Positions 10,768 to 21,900 are shown, counted from the stretch's first letter. The stretch: DNA of 64,000 bases from Paramoeba atlantica (GCA_977017575.1 CDRNVI010000047.1:62001-126000); one strand, 5' to 3'. The notes: generated from the sequence alone by a model not told the origin. Translations and numbers: made by a program.

Positions 10768-13443
10768 TACAATCAGTTTCAAAAGAGGCAGTATAACAAT
10801 AATGCCAGTATCAAAGAGGAGGAAACTACAAACCGAAGATTCAAACAGCCAAGCTGGGAAGGTCCACAGTGTTGTAAACTTGAAAGGGAGAATATTACGC
10901 TCCGGGCACGTTTACGGGGGAACGCTAAGCGTTCAAACAACACCGGAAAGAATGGAATTATTGCGACTATTGATGGGGGTCACACATATGACCGACGAAA
11001 TACGGACTGCTATGGATGCCATGTCCGAAATGTGGAGCAATGCGACATGGCAGAGCCGCGCGAGGCTATGGGAGCGACTGAACGCATTTTGCAAGGGGAA
11101 GGGAATAACGCTCAACGCGATACACGCAGTAACGTTTCTGGCGAGTATGAACATCAGAGCGCAGGGAAAGATTACATACGCGCGAAGTCTCGCTACGTTG
11201 TTAAACCTCGCGGGCACGGAAACGAATCCGCTGAAATTCTATATAAAGTCGCTCCTAGCGGAGGGGGCGACCGAGCCAGTGCGGCAAATGAAACCGTTGA
11301 CCCCCGAGTTACTCCATCGACTTTGGCGACATCTCCCAAGGAGCGAAAAACATACCTTACTGCTCTCCTGGAAAGCAGCAAGTCGGTGGACCGAAACAGC
11401 AAGTTTGACAAAAGCGCAATTTCACGAGGTAACACCCCACCGAATAGTTATCTCGTGGGGCAGGAACACGAAAACGTCTCGATTAAATCCTTTCCGCCCT
11501 TCCATGTACACGGTGATAGAGGGACAGGGAACCAGGCAACTATACGAGTATATCAACCGATTGGGGCAGTGGGAACCCATGTCTCGGACCCCAGTATCCC
11601 AGGTCGACAGCAGAATTCGAGATATTCTAGGAAAGGGGTACGGAACGCACTCGGCGAAAAGGGGGGCAATAACACAACTGTTCGCCGAAGTGGTAAAAGG
11701 GACTCTCCGTCTAGACGAGGTACAACACCTAGCCAAACACCAGGCCCTGGAATCCCTGCTACGCTACAACGCAGATCCCGTGACGACGGCATTAGCATTG
11801 GGGACACAAAATGCGACAAAGAAATTAAGAATTATTTAGATCCCGAAGTGCTATTTTGCAAGTTTTTGGAAGATGTGCCACATGAAAAGGTAAGACACAC
11901 GATTACGAGATCGAGAAGAACTTCGAGAGTCGCACAAGGGGAGGAGCTAAAGCTTCCGTTACACGTGAAGAAAGGTATTCCTAACATAGAGTTAGGAGAT
12001 GTTAAGGAGATGATGAATAATCAGACTCGTCAGCGCTTCGAGGACACGTGGTCAAAATTGACAGCATTGCCGGAAAGTCCGAGTCCGGCACCAAAAAGCA
12101 AATCGTTTTTGAATACAAGAGATATTACAGAGCTGGTGGACGCAAGTTTTATTTCGAAGGTATCACGCGAACAAGAAGCGAAAAGTCCCACGATGGAATA
12201 TGTAGTACCGTTTACTGTAGTAGAACCGGCCGAAAATGGCGCCGAACGTCGTCGATTTATCGCCTGGACCCAATCTGATAATGTGCGTGTGAAAGAGACG
12301 TACAAACCCCATGTTCCGGTTAAGCATGCAGCCTTTTACCTCCATCGAGCTCGCCAGCAGTCGGCGGTGAAGAGGGATTTGGCATGCGGCTTCTTTCAAG
12401 TAAACATTCCTGCAGCGAGCCGAGCAAAGTTTCGCTTTACAAATCAGGACGGGGTCCTATATCAAATGAATGTAATGCCTATGGGGCATCGCTGTGCACC
12501 AGAACTGATGCACACGATCACATCGACCATTGCTGGGGACCCAAATTACTGCACTAGGAAATCCGCTTTTGTACATCCTGGTCTTGATGTCTATATAGAC
12601 GGAATTCGTTATGCCGCAGACGATCAAGTAACAAAGAAATATGCCGAGTTTATTGATGCGCGTGCGTTGAAGGTGAATGCCCTTTTTAAGGACGTTGGTA
12701 CCCCTCCGTTACAAAATTATACGTTTAATGGGGTGAATTATCATCATCGATTGGGGAAGGTCGCTCTTGGACCAAAAATTACGAAAAGGTTGCAATTGGA
12801 TGACTATATGAATGGAACTTATTCCGGATTGGAGGCAGGGGTTGGGAGGCTTATTTTTGGTTCGGCCGTGATGGGAATCGGGATCCCGCAGTACCACATG
12901 CAATTGAAAATAGTACGCCGACGGATAAATAATTTAAATCGAGACCCGACGTTAGGGGACAAACTCGTTCCACTTCCTTTTGGGGTCCGAAGAACCCTTT
13001 GTGAGTGGCGGGATGCTTTGGTCCACCGTTCCCCCGTTGAACCCGTGCGGCATCCAGATACCGTCCCTCATTGCCATATCCTGTGCACCGATGCGTCTTC
13101 TACAGGCTGGGGGGCAGTTCTATATTTGGACTACGGGCAAGTGTGTTGCACGGGAGCTTCATGGCCTGTTGGATTTGATTACGAGGTAAATCGAGCGGAA
13201 ACACGAGCGGTGAGATTAGCATTTCAAAAGTATGGACACTTTTTTAATAGGGACACATGTGTGGATTTGTTTGTGGACAATACTTCCTGCCTGGCTGCCA
13301 TAAATAGGAGAATGTCCCGTTCAGATGGGATCACAGCGGAATTGTGCGGGTTATTAAAATTCCTCCAACGTAACGGCATAGCAGTGCAGGCGCGTTATAT
13401 AACTTCAAAGGACAATCCAGCGGATCCGTATAGCAGATTATGA
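10693..13443 (+). CDS. V1 Pol: N-terminal extension overprinting YR, then RT and RNase H (DIRS/VIPER type)
   Basis: KRDLACGFFQ, MPMGHRCAP, VYIDGI; RNase H CTDASSTGWG, VDNTS, DNPADPYSR. The ORF track shows the frame open from 10660. Confidence 0.9.
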   Translation, partial: GFSFKGGWPCAQRQELLTKSHPNGQYNQFQKRQYNNNASIKEEETTNRRFKQPSWEGPQCCKLERENITLRARLRGNAKRSNNTGKNGIIATIDGGHTYDRRNTDCYGCHVRNVEQCDMAEPREAMGATERILQGEGNNAQRDTRSNVSGEYEHQSAGKDYIRAKSRYVVKPRGHGNESAEILYKVAPSGGGDRASAANETVDPRVTPSTLATSPKERKTYLTALLESSKSVDRNSKFDKSAISRGNTPPNSYLVGQEHENVSIKSFPPFHVHGDRGTGNQATIRVYQPIGAVGTHVSDPSIPGRQQNSRYSRKGVRNALGEKGGNNTTVRRSGKRDSPSRRGTTPSQTPGPGIPATLQRRSRDDGISIGDTKCDKEIKNYLDPEVLFCKFLEDVPHEKVRHTITRSRRTSRVAQGEELKLPLHVKKGIPNIELGDVKEMMNNQTRQRFEDTWSKLTALPESPSPAPKSKSFLNTRDITELVDASFISKVSREQEAKSPTMEYVVPFTVVEPAENGAERRRFIAWTQSDNVRVKETYKPHVPVKHAAFYLHRARQQSAVKRDLACGFFQVNIPAASRAKFRFTNQDGVLYQMNVMPMGHRCAPELMHTITSTIAGDPNYCTRKSAFVHPGLDVYIDGIRYAADDQVTKKYAEFIDARALKVNALFKDVGTPPLQNYTFNGVNYHHRLGKVALGPKITKRLQLDDYMNGTYSGLEAGVGRLIFGSAVMGIGIPQYHMQLKIVRRRINNLNRDPTLGDKLVPLPFGVRRTLCEWRDALVHRSPVEPVRHPDTVPHCHILCTDASSTGWGAVLYLDYGQVCCTGASWPVGFDYEVNRAETRAVRLAFQKYGHFFNRDTCVDLFVDNTSCLAAINRRMSRSDGITAELCGLLKFLQRNGIAVQARYITSKDNPADPYSRL
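10802..11839 (+). CDS. V1 tyrosine recombinase
   Basis: Catalytic R (WKAASRWTE), H-x-x-R (HSAKRGA), H (HLAKH) and Y (LLRY). Same frame as gag. Confidence 0.9.
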   Translation: MPVSKRRKLQTEDSNSQAGKVHSVVNLKGRILRSGHVYGGTLSVQTTPERMELLRLLMGVTHMTDEIRTAMDAMSEMWSNATWQSRARLWERLNAFCKGKGITLNAIHAVTFLASMNIRAQGKITYARSLATLLNLAGTETNPLKFYIKSLLAEGATEPVRQMKPLTPELLHRLWRHLPRSEKHTLLLSWKAASRWTETASLTKAQFHEVTPHRIVISWGRNTKTSRLNPFRPSMYTVIEGQGTRQLYEYINRLGQWEPMSRTPVSQVDSRIRDILGKGYGTHSAKRGAITQLFAEVVKGTLRLDEVQHLAKHQALESLLRYNADPVTTALALGTQNATKKLRII

Positions 13444-13564
13444 TTTTATATAGTCGGATATACAGTACTGTAAACACAGGGAATTAGATATCACACCAAA
13501 AAAAAAAAAAAAAAAAAACTTATTTATATAGATAGAATCATCAAAAAAAAAAAAAAAAAAAAAA

Positions 13565-13599
13565 TTTAACGATAAAGATACAGTTTCTGTACCTTGTTG
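13565..13599 (+). other. Spliced-leader-like 35-mer TTTAACGATAAAGATACAGTTTCTGTACCTTGTTG
   Basis: Shares the ACAGTTTCTGTAC core and terminal TTG with kinetoplastid/diplonemid SL exons. Identical copy at 44941; partial copy at 46479-46490 (-). Confidence 0.75.
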
Positions 13600-13645
13600 A
13601 ATTATTTTCTTTATTTCATCTTTTCCAGGTACGCGGTTCTTTCTC

Positions 13646-16600
13646 ATGTCTGAAGACGATCTTCTCAAAGCCTCACCTCCGCCGATGGACGACGATTCAT
13701 TTTTACAAGAGGAAGCAGTACACAATAGAGGATCCTGGGACCAGTTTGCTGGAAACGCACATCTCATTAAGCAACGGAGTACGTACAACGAATTGCTCTA
13801 CACGACCCCTATTCCTGCGAACATTCCGGAAGAATGGAACATGAACGCCGCCTTGATCTCAACTGAGAACCAGACACGTGATACGGGACAGGTAGATAGT
13901 AGCGATGAGGAAACAAACCACTCACGAGTCATCAGATTACATCATGGACACCAAAAAACGCAATCTGATAGCAACACTATCACTAAAAAGTTTACTCGAT
14001 GCCAACCATCTTCCACACCCCCAAGCGTCAAAGGGAATCGGGGAATCGTAAAGTCTCATCGAAAAGCGCGCGAACCAGCTACACCTCGAAAAGGGGAAGC
14101 GACGGAACATAACCCCGAAAACAACTCTCCACGCCAAATAGTACAAGGAACTTCCCTTGAAATCCCACCTTCGACGAGCGAAGCAGTTCTCACGTTTCCA
14201 TCTTCCCAAAACCGTCCGACACAAAGGGAGTGCCCCGCAGAAAACTGTATTTGGAAAACTCGTGCCCATGGAGGTCAATGGCAGTCGTACTACAACCACG
14301 TTGCTTACCGACACGGAAATAACATACCCAATGACTGGTGGACAAAGGAAGGACGATTTCTCTGCGACGCATGCGGTCGTCATTACGATATTAGCAAGAA
14401 AACTTCTCATTTGAATCATTGTAAAATGCAATTTACACCACCCTCCTCGCAGCCGCCCTCACAACCGCAGCAGCCTTCACAGCTGTCAGAGTCCGGGGAA
14501 GCCATGTACGATATACAAGGTACGCATAGTCTACCGTCCCTAGAGGAAGTTTGCACGACTCAAATAAGCACGTGCAAGGATGTCCCACACCGATGTCGAT
14601 ATCTGTGGACCAGAATTTTTACCGCAGCCCTCTCCACCGCGGTAAACGAAAACTCACTGAGAGCCTGGACCCTTCTTGCCTTGCTTCCGAAATGCGTCCT
14701 ACCAGCTCCGTACCGAGGAGGCCGCAAAGCTCACAAGTCCTATACCTCCTACATATCAAAGCGAATGGAACTTTGGATACAAGGCCAATATACCACCCTA
14801 TGGGCCCAAGCAAATTCGGAGCATGACAGGAAGCGCTCAAAAGTGCCGAATAATGAGATTGAGGGTGAAGAAGACAAGGCTGCAATACGGGCTGAAATTC
14901 TGGTTCGCCAAGGAGAATTTTCCCGAGGCATGGCTGCCCTTACTGCAGCTCCACTTGCACCATACAGCGAGGAAACCCTGCTAAAGCTGCAGGAAAAACA
15001 CCCTAGCCCCCATGGTAATCCCATCTCGTGCCCCCTACCTCCCCTGGAAGAAGAAGCTTTAAAACTGGACGAATCCGAGGTAAGAAAAGCAGTAGATACC
15101 TTCCGTCGCGGATCCTCTGCTGGGACTATGGGGCTCCGGCCTGAACACCTCCAAACAGCGCTTCAAGAGCACGTCGACCAGAATATGAATCCTCTTACGA
15201 CGCTCACTTCCTTCGTAAACCATCTCCTAGCTGGCAAAGCCCCAGACGAAGTGCAACCTTTTTTTGCAGGGGCACGGCTATGCGCACTCGAAAAAGGGGA
15301 AGATGACGTGCGGCCTATCGCTGCGGGGGAAACCCTTAGACGTCTGGTGAGCAAGGCAGTGTGCCTTTCGATAAAAGAAAAAGCAGGATCCTTCTTTGGA
15401 CGTCGTCAATACGGGGTCGCAGCGTCTGCTGGGGCGGAAAGAGTGATACACCTTTGTCGCCGTCTAATGAGAAATAATGAAGAAAATGAGAACATAACGT
15501 TCTGTAAGGTGGATCTTCGGAACGCCTTTAATAACGTGAGCCGACCCGTCTTCATCTTTCTCACGCGAAAGCATTTCCCTGAACTATCCCCATGGGTAGA
15601 ATGGTGTTATGCCAATCACAGCTGTCTCACATTCGGCAATGATTTTATCCCCTCGGCAGAAGGAGTGCAACAAGGAGAACCTCTGGGCCCACTCCTCTTC
15701 TCCTTGGTGTTAGCAGAGGTAACAGAAGAAATTGCATCAAATTCTAACCTACGAACACAATTATGGTATTTAGATGACGGTGTGCTTGTAGGTGAGCCCA
15801 AAGAAGTCCGTAAAGCCCTAGACGTCCTCGACGAGATAGGACCGAAGTGGGGACTCTTCCTGAATCTCTCCAAGTGCGAGATCATTACCCCCCCCAGCAT
15901 CAGCTCATACCTCCGTTTTCTTTCCTGACATCCCCAGTGATAAAATACGGTACGACGGGAACTTCGACATTCTTGGAAGCCCAATAGGCTCTGCGGAACA
16001 CTGTGCGGAGTTTCTCATGACACATGCGATTGAACCAGCCCGCGAAACATTAGAAGCTACTGCTGTGTTAGAAGATCCCCAAATAGCTCTCGCACTAATA
16101 CGGCAATGTTCGGGGTTTTGTCAGATGGTGTACGCACTGCGTACCACTCCTCCCCAAGCCCTTGGAGAATTATGCCAAAAACTTGACTCTCATCTAGTCC
16201 AGGCCGTGGAGCACGCATTTTCTCCCTTAGGCGTCGCCGCTCGCGACCAAATACAACGACCAAAACGCCACGGCGGGTTCGGACTTCGCTCATCAATTCT
16301 CCACCAGTCAGCAGCCTACGTTTCTTCCGTCGCGCACGCCGCTAGCTTGGACAACTGGGACCCCACAGTCTACGCCCAGTTACGCCAGTTTCTGGGAAGT
16401 TCGCAAGGCAAGACTGGGATGTACGCAAGTGCATATTAAGTTGATTTCTTTATAAGTATACTTATAAAGAAATATACGAGAGGAAATCTAGGAGACTATA
16501 TCACGCAATTACGCGACAGCCTACCAAAGGCCGCATGGCTAGGTTCTATCAATTCGTAGACCTACACAGCAAAAAAAAAAAAAAAAAAAACGGTATAACA

Positions 16601-17700
16601 TATCACCATCGTGAGGGGAAGGTAACCCCACAGAAGCTGAGGGATTTTCCAGCTCAGCACATGACATAAATGACAAAGTTGGGACTGATCTGGTTGATCC
16701 ATACACTGGACGCATTACCAAACCTAGTGTGCCTGGTGAATATCATGCAAATCGGAGCATCCTTTCCCGCCCAGCGAAAAGAAAACTCGCACAATCCCTC
16801 AATCACGTCTCGACGGATCAGGAAAAGATCATCCCGAGGCAAAAACATCTCAGCCAAGCTATCTCGGATAGGGAATTTCAAACGGCATATTCAAAGGCAG
16901 ACGCAAGAACGCGGGCGCGATGGATCTCGCAGTCCGGAAAAGGGGCCGGAAACTGGGCTTTCGCAACTCCCTCCAAGACCAGAGGCTACGCTTTCACCCA
17001 CACGGAGTTTCGTACCCTAACACGCTGGTGGCTAGGCATGGACGTCTTCCCCGAAGATCGGCCTTGCCCAGCTGACGGGTGCACCCTTCCCTTGCTCAAG
17101 AATGGAGAGCACGCTTTGCTCTGCAAGAACGGCCATGGTATCATCTCAAGGCACAACGCTCTGGCCCAACAATTTACATCGTTCTGCAGCAGAGCCTTCC
17201 TGGCGCCACAGAGAGAGAAGAGTTTGGGAAATCGGGGTCCTGGGGGGGCTCTCACGAGACCAGCAGACGTATTTCTGCCAACTGCCTCCATCGCCAAAGG
17301 ATCTTTAGCGCAAGGCATGGTCCTAGATTTTGCGGTCACTCACGCACAGCAAACAAAGTATTTGGACTCAGTCCACAATGCTAGCTGGGTGACCCCGGGG
17401 TCTTTTGCCGAGCACTTCGCGGAGACCAAGGCGCGACAGCGACAAGAAGCAGAAAAAGCAGGACACCTCTTCACAGCGATGGTGGTGGAATCCTTTGGTT
17501 CCTGGAGCGAGAGTGCGCTAGCGTTACTCCGGGACATCGGAACCCAACGGGCGAATGCATCCAAAGGGCTCCTTTCACGAGACCAAGCGCGAAACGATCT
17601 CCTAACAGATCTGAACGTGACGCTAATGCGTTCTCAAGCCAGGATGATGGTTTCGCGCATCCGCGTAGAGGACCCAGCGGATCCTTTGGTAGAGGCTTAA
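13646..17700 (+). pseudogene. C1 polyprotein (Zn fingers, RT, CCHC, RLE), broken by a +1 frameshift near 15890 and a 256-bp insertion
   Basis: GVQQGEPLGP, WYLDDG, LGSPIG (after removing one C from the C8 run), RHNAL, RPADV, LDFAVTH, VVESFGSW. Removing 16369-16624 plus one TSD restores WDPTEAEGF. Confidence 0.88.
16369..16624. mobile_element. Small unclassified insertion with 9-bp TSD ACCCCACAG
   Basis: TSD at 16360-16368 and 16625-16633; internal 30-bp perfect palindrome and an A tract. Confidence 0.8.
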
Positions 17701-18488
17701 GCCTCTACTGACAGTCCTATTTCAGCACGAAGACGCCATGGTATCCAGGACGGGTGCTGGTCGGGTCGACAGAGTCTATGCTCACGCCTAGCCCGCGAGG
17801 GCTAGGTACCCCAAGTGAGGTAGTACACGGGCAGTGAATCTCCTCCCCGTCGGCCAGCATCCTGTTTCGCGACCGTGTCGCTGTCGACACAGGCCCGCGC
17901 CTGCGCCCACCCGTATAGCAAGGGACGGGTTCACAAGTCAGGCCGTGGAGTGGTCGAAAGACCCGGTCCGGAACGCGCGAATGGATTGGGCCTGGATTGC
18001 TTGTTTTTATTTTTACTGTGTCTTGTTTGTCGTATATACCTAGGGGAGATTGAATTGCTAGTTTTGGGCTGAGAAAAAAGAAAAAGAAAATATACTTCTG
18101 TGGAAATAAAAAGATTTGCTAATTTGATTGCTTGTTAAAAAAAAAAAAAATAATGTTTTAGTTTACTGGCAGGTGAAATCGAATAATCCATGAGGGTAGT
18201 AGGCGACTCTTATGGTGTTTTCGACTCGCGTTTGGGTATATAGGAACTGGCGAGTGGGTGGTCCCCGCGTGGTACTACCCGATCGCAAGGTATAGGACAG
18301 TGATTGGTTGGAAGTTATGATTTATATGAAGGGACGTCCCAGTGAAAAAACTATTTTATCTTTGGATTGGATTACACGAGTTCAAAGTGTTATTAGTAAT
18401 ATGTGCAGAAGGAAATATGCGCTGGTGAAACGAATATGTTATTGTGCAGTATCTTTCTATTGATTACAAATACGATGATGAACAATTC

Positions 18489-18986
18489 CTTATTGTAAGA
18501 CCTTTCCTTATTGTAAGACCTTTCCTTATTGTAAGACCTTTCCTTATTGTAAGACCTTTCCTTATTGTAAGACCTTTCCTTATTGTAAGACCTTTCCTTA
18601 TTGTAAGACCTTTCCTTATTGTAAGACCTTTCCTTATTGTAAGACCTTTCCTTATTGTAAGACCTTTCCTTATTGTAAGACCTTTCCTTATTGTAAGACC
18701 TTTCCTTATTGTAAGACCTTTCCTTATTGTAAGACCTTTCCTTATTGTAAGACCTTTCCTTATTGTAAGACCTTTCCTTATTGTAAGACCTTTCCTTATT
18801 GTAAGACCTTTCCTTATTGTAAGACCTTTCCTTATTGTAAGACCTTTCCTTATTGTAAGACCTTTCCTTATTGTAAGACCTTTCCTTATTGTAAGACCTT
18901 TCCTTATTGTAAGACCTTTCCTTATTGTAAGACCTTTCCTTATTGTAAGACCTTTCCTTATTGTAAGACCTTTCCTTATTGTAAGA
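18489..18986. repeat. 18-bp tandem array (continuation of the array split by V1)
   Basis: In phase with 8507-9409. Confidence 0.99.
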
Positions 18987-21900
18987 GAGCGATTTTTATC
19001 ATCTCCTTTTTATCATCTCCTATGTCTCGAGGTGACGGTGGCCCGTCTTAACAAAAACAAAGGTCTTAACAAAAGCCCGTGGAGCGCATATATTATATAC
19101 GCGCCGATTACTATCAAATGTTCACATTCTAATAAACTAATATCCCTTTCTTTTCTTAAGAAGTATTTGAGATGACAAGCTTAAAAACTTGTCTCAGTGT
19201 ATTGGTCGTGAGCTAGAAACTGGCGGAGTTGAGCGTGGAAGATACTTCCTGCCTGTTCCTGGTGGAGTAGCGTAAATGTTTCCATTACGCTGTGTCTCTC
19301 TAGCCCGCAACGGTCCGCAATAGCCCACAGGAGATTTCGAGTGGCGTTGTGCATGGAACCGCAGGACAGAACAGGGATACATTCAAAGCATTCCTTGTTT
19401 ATCATGCCACTGTCAACATAGCGTACACGCTTGCGCTTTATCGCTTCGTTCATGAGGAATGTCGTATTGTGTTTGATATTCGAGGGAGCCAGTTCGTGAA
19501 CTACTGTGAGGTCGTAGTATTTCTCTCCTGAAGCCCATTGAATTGCGAGGTCGGGGCCCGTGCGACGCAGAGTACTTCCAACACATGTCCTGGCATGTTC
19601 CGTTTTGTTTTCAGGGTGGATCGTGGCTGCGCACGCAGAGCACTCATAATAACTGAACTGACGAGGTTCACGTTCACACGGCAAGCCAGCTCGGAGGCAT
19701 AGCTCGTAAAGGTAGCGAACAAGGGCATGATGCTTCGTAGTTACATTGTGTCCTGCACATTTGACGCATCCAGGTATGTGGGTTAGCGCTTCCGAGGAGC
19801 TTAGCAGCTTTTTGCATCCCGGGCATAGCAACGAGTTTGGCAGTTGTGGGTGGCTTATTTTTAGTCGTGACATGATGTTTAGCGTGTAGATGTGCGAAGG
19901 AATGATTTTGCGATTCCCGATAAGCCATTCATAGCTCCCTTTCTTGCTGCAAGCTTTAATCGTCGGAGCCCACTCCTTGTTTTTGAGAAGATTTGTCTGG
20001 ATTTCTGTGGCTCTTTTGGTCTCCGTCACCACCTCGTCCTCAGGTGTCTTATGTGATTCCTCCAACGTCCCTGCAGGTGCTGGCGGTTCCATGCGCTGTG
20101 CCATCCGAGCTGAAAAGGATTTTTGATGCTCAAAAACGGCATGTCGCGATGAAGTGTACGCAGCGTTCCGCAAGGGTTCTGTTGCTGGAATACCCAATCC
20201 ACCTTTCTTTAAAGGTAGTCTTGCTATCATTTCTTGCTCTGGACTCAGAGGTCCCAACCACGATGTGACGACATTCTTGATCTCGTGGTCAAATTTTTGC
20301 GCTAGCTCAAGTGAGGCCTCTGGTTTATGTACCCGTACGTGATAACGGTGCCGAACGTTTACGCTGCGCGATAGCAAAAGCAGGGACGCGTTGTTGGCAC
20401 CCATCTTTTTAAGACGTCTGAATATCGTATGGTGTTTTTCCAGCGTTCGGATTAATTCGGATCCTATGCGCTGTTCCTCCCCAACGAATGCACCCAGTAC
20501 TTTAATGACTTCGCTCTCTGTACGCACACCTTCTTCTTTGAGTGTTGATGGAATGGGGACGTCGCTTTTCCCTTCAAACCAGATGCATTTTTCGTTATTG
20601 AGTTGAATTCCTTTAGTGAGAAGCAGGGTTTGTAACCGGTGGTATGCCGCCTCGACCTCTTTTCCACTAGGAGAAGTGAGGCTGACGTCGTCGACGTAAG
20701 CTAGAACTTTGACGTTTGGAAATTCCTGCGCTATGGTCTCCAACATGGGTTGCAGAAAGGAGCAAAAGAAAACCGTCGACAGTGGGGAGCCTTGACGAAC
20801 ACCTGCATTGCTCTCAAGTACGCTGTACAATGTACCGGTATGTCCGTAAAAAAGAAGTTCTGAGGCTTCTTTGTATTGCGCCGCAAACACTCTTTGAAAG
20901 GGCTTCATTGTGGCGAAACCAAAGACTGCTTTTGCTATTTCGTCACGGGATGGAACGTTGAATGCGTTGCGAAAGTCGAGCGATAAAATGACGTGGCCTT
21001 GCTCATATAGATCACTGAGATTATGTATTACGCTTTCACAACCGGATTTGGATAACACTCCTTGTTGAAGGGGCTGGAATAAGGTAGCGAGCGATGATTC
21101 GTGTCGAAGTAATAGGACGAGTTCAGCGAGTTTTAGTAGTGTTTCTCCCATGGCGATTGGACGAACTCCTCCATTTGGCTTTGGAATAGCCACCAATCGA
21201 GCTCTTTTCAATCGTCGCATAATGTCGGTAGGCAGCACCCCGTTGACCAGATCCACTAGCATGTGGCACAAGCTTCTGCAGCATATTTCGTCGTCGATTA
21301 GCAGGCGGAGAATGACGTCATTCATCCCGGTCGGACCTGGAGATGAACCTTTGGCCAACCGGCGACCAGCAAGTCGAAGTTCCTCGGGCGATATGCAAGC
21401 CATTGCCGGCGCATCGGGTGGCAACGTGAAGGTGCAAGGATGCTTTGGATGTAGTTTCTCCAATTTTTCCAGAATTTCCTGATCTGACGCACTTGTTGTG
21501 ATCATTTCCCGGTCTAAAATTTTAGTAGCCCTGGATGTCGCACCCTCCTTTACTAGCCGCATTGCTTTCTTAATGGCTCGATTGTCACCGTTTTCTTCGT
21601 GGGTCTTGTTGGTATCGTTGCGTGATCGAAAAGGGCGATTCCTGCGTCTTCTTTCTGATTCGGCCCGTACGGTCGCCAATGAGAACTTGACTGCCGATAG
21701 CAACTTATGCCATATCTGGTTTTTGAGCTTTTGCGGACTATCCGCGTATTCACGTATGAGGTCTCTGAAAATTGAAATGACACATGGAATGAATTCGGTT
21801 TCAATGGTTTTTGTCGTGGGAAGTGGTTCAAAGTCAAGGTCTTCTTGCGTGTGGCTGGCATTGCTTGCATGAAATACTGGTTCATCCGATGTTTCATTTT

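Larger units (their letters stand above)
13565..18150 (+). mobile_element. C1: CRE-clade non-LTR retrotransposon nested in the V1 3' region
   Basis: SL-like 5' end, RT+RLE ORF, A14 tail (18137-18150); inserted at an A tract. Confidence 0.88.
9410..18488 (+). mobile_element. V1: VIPER-like tyrosine-recombinase retrotransposon inserted in the 18-bp array (contains nested C1)
   Basis: Gene order gag-YR-RT/RH. Left junction ACCTTTC|TTATAGTTTACG; right junction GAACAATTC|CTTATTG restores array phase. Confidence 0.9.

Noticed and set aside
10660-11830. Treating the TTG/GTG starts of the pol ORFs as real initiation codons
   Set aside because: They lie just upstream of the slip site inside gag and are not conserved between copies; frameshift entry explains the data better.
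13565-13645. Intact SL RNA gene
   Set aside because: The exon-like 35-mer is not followed by a GT intron, and the context is a retro-insertion.
16369-16624. tRNA-derived SINE or tRNA gene
   Set aside because: No convincing A/B boxes or cloverleaf.
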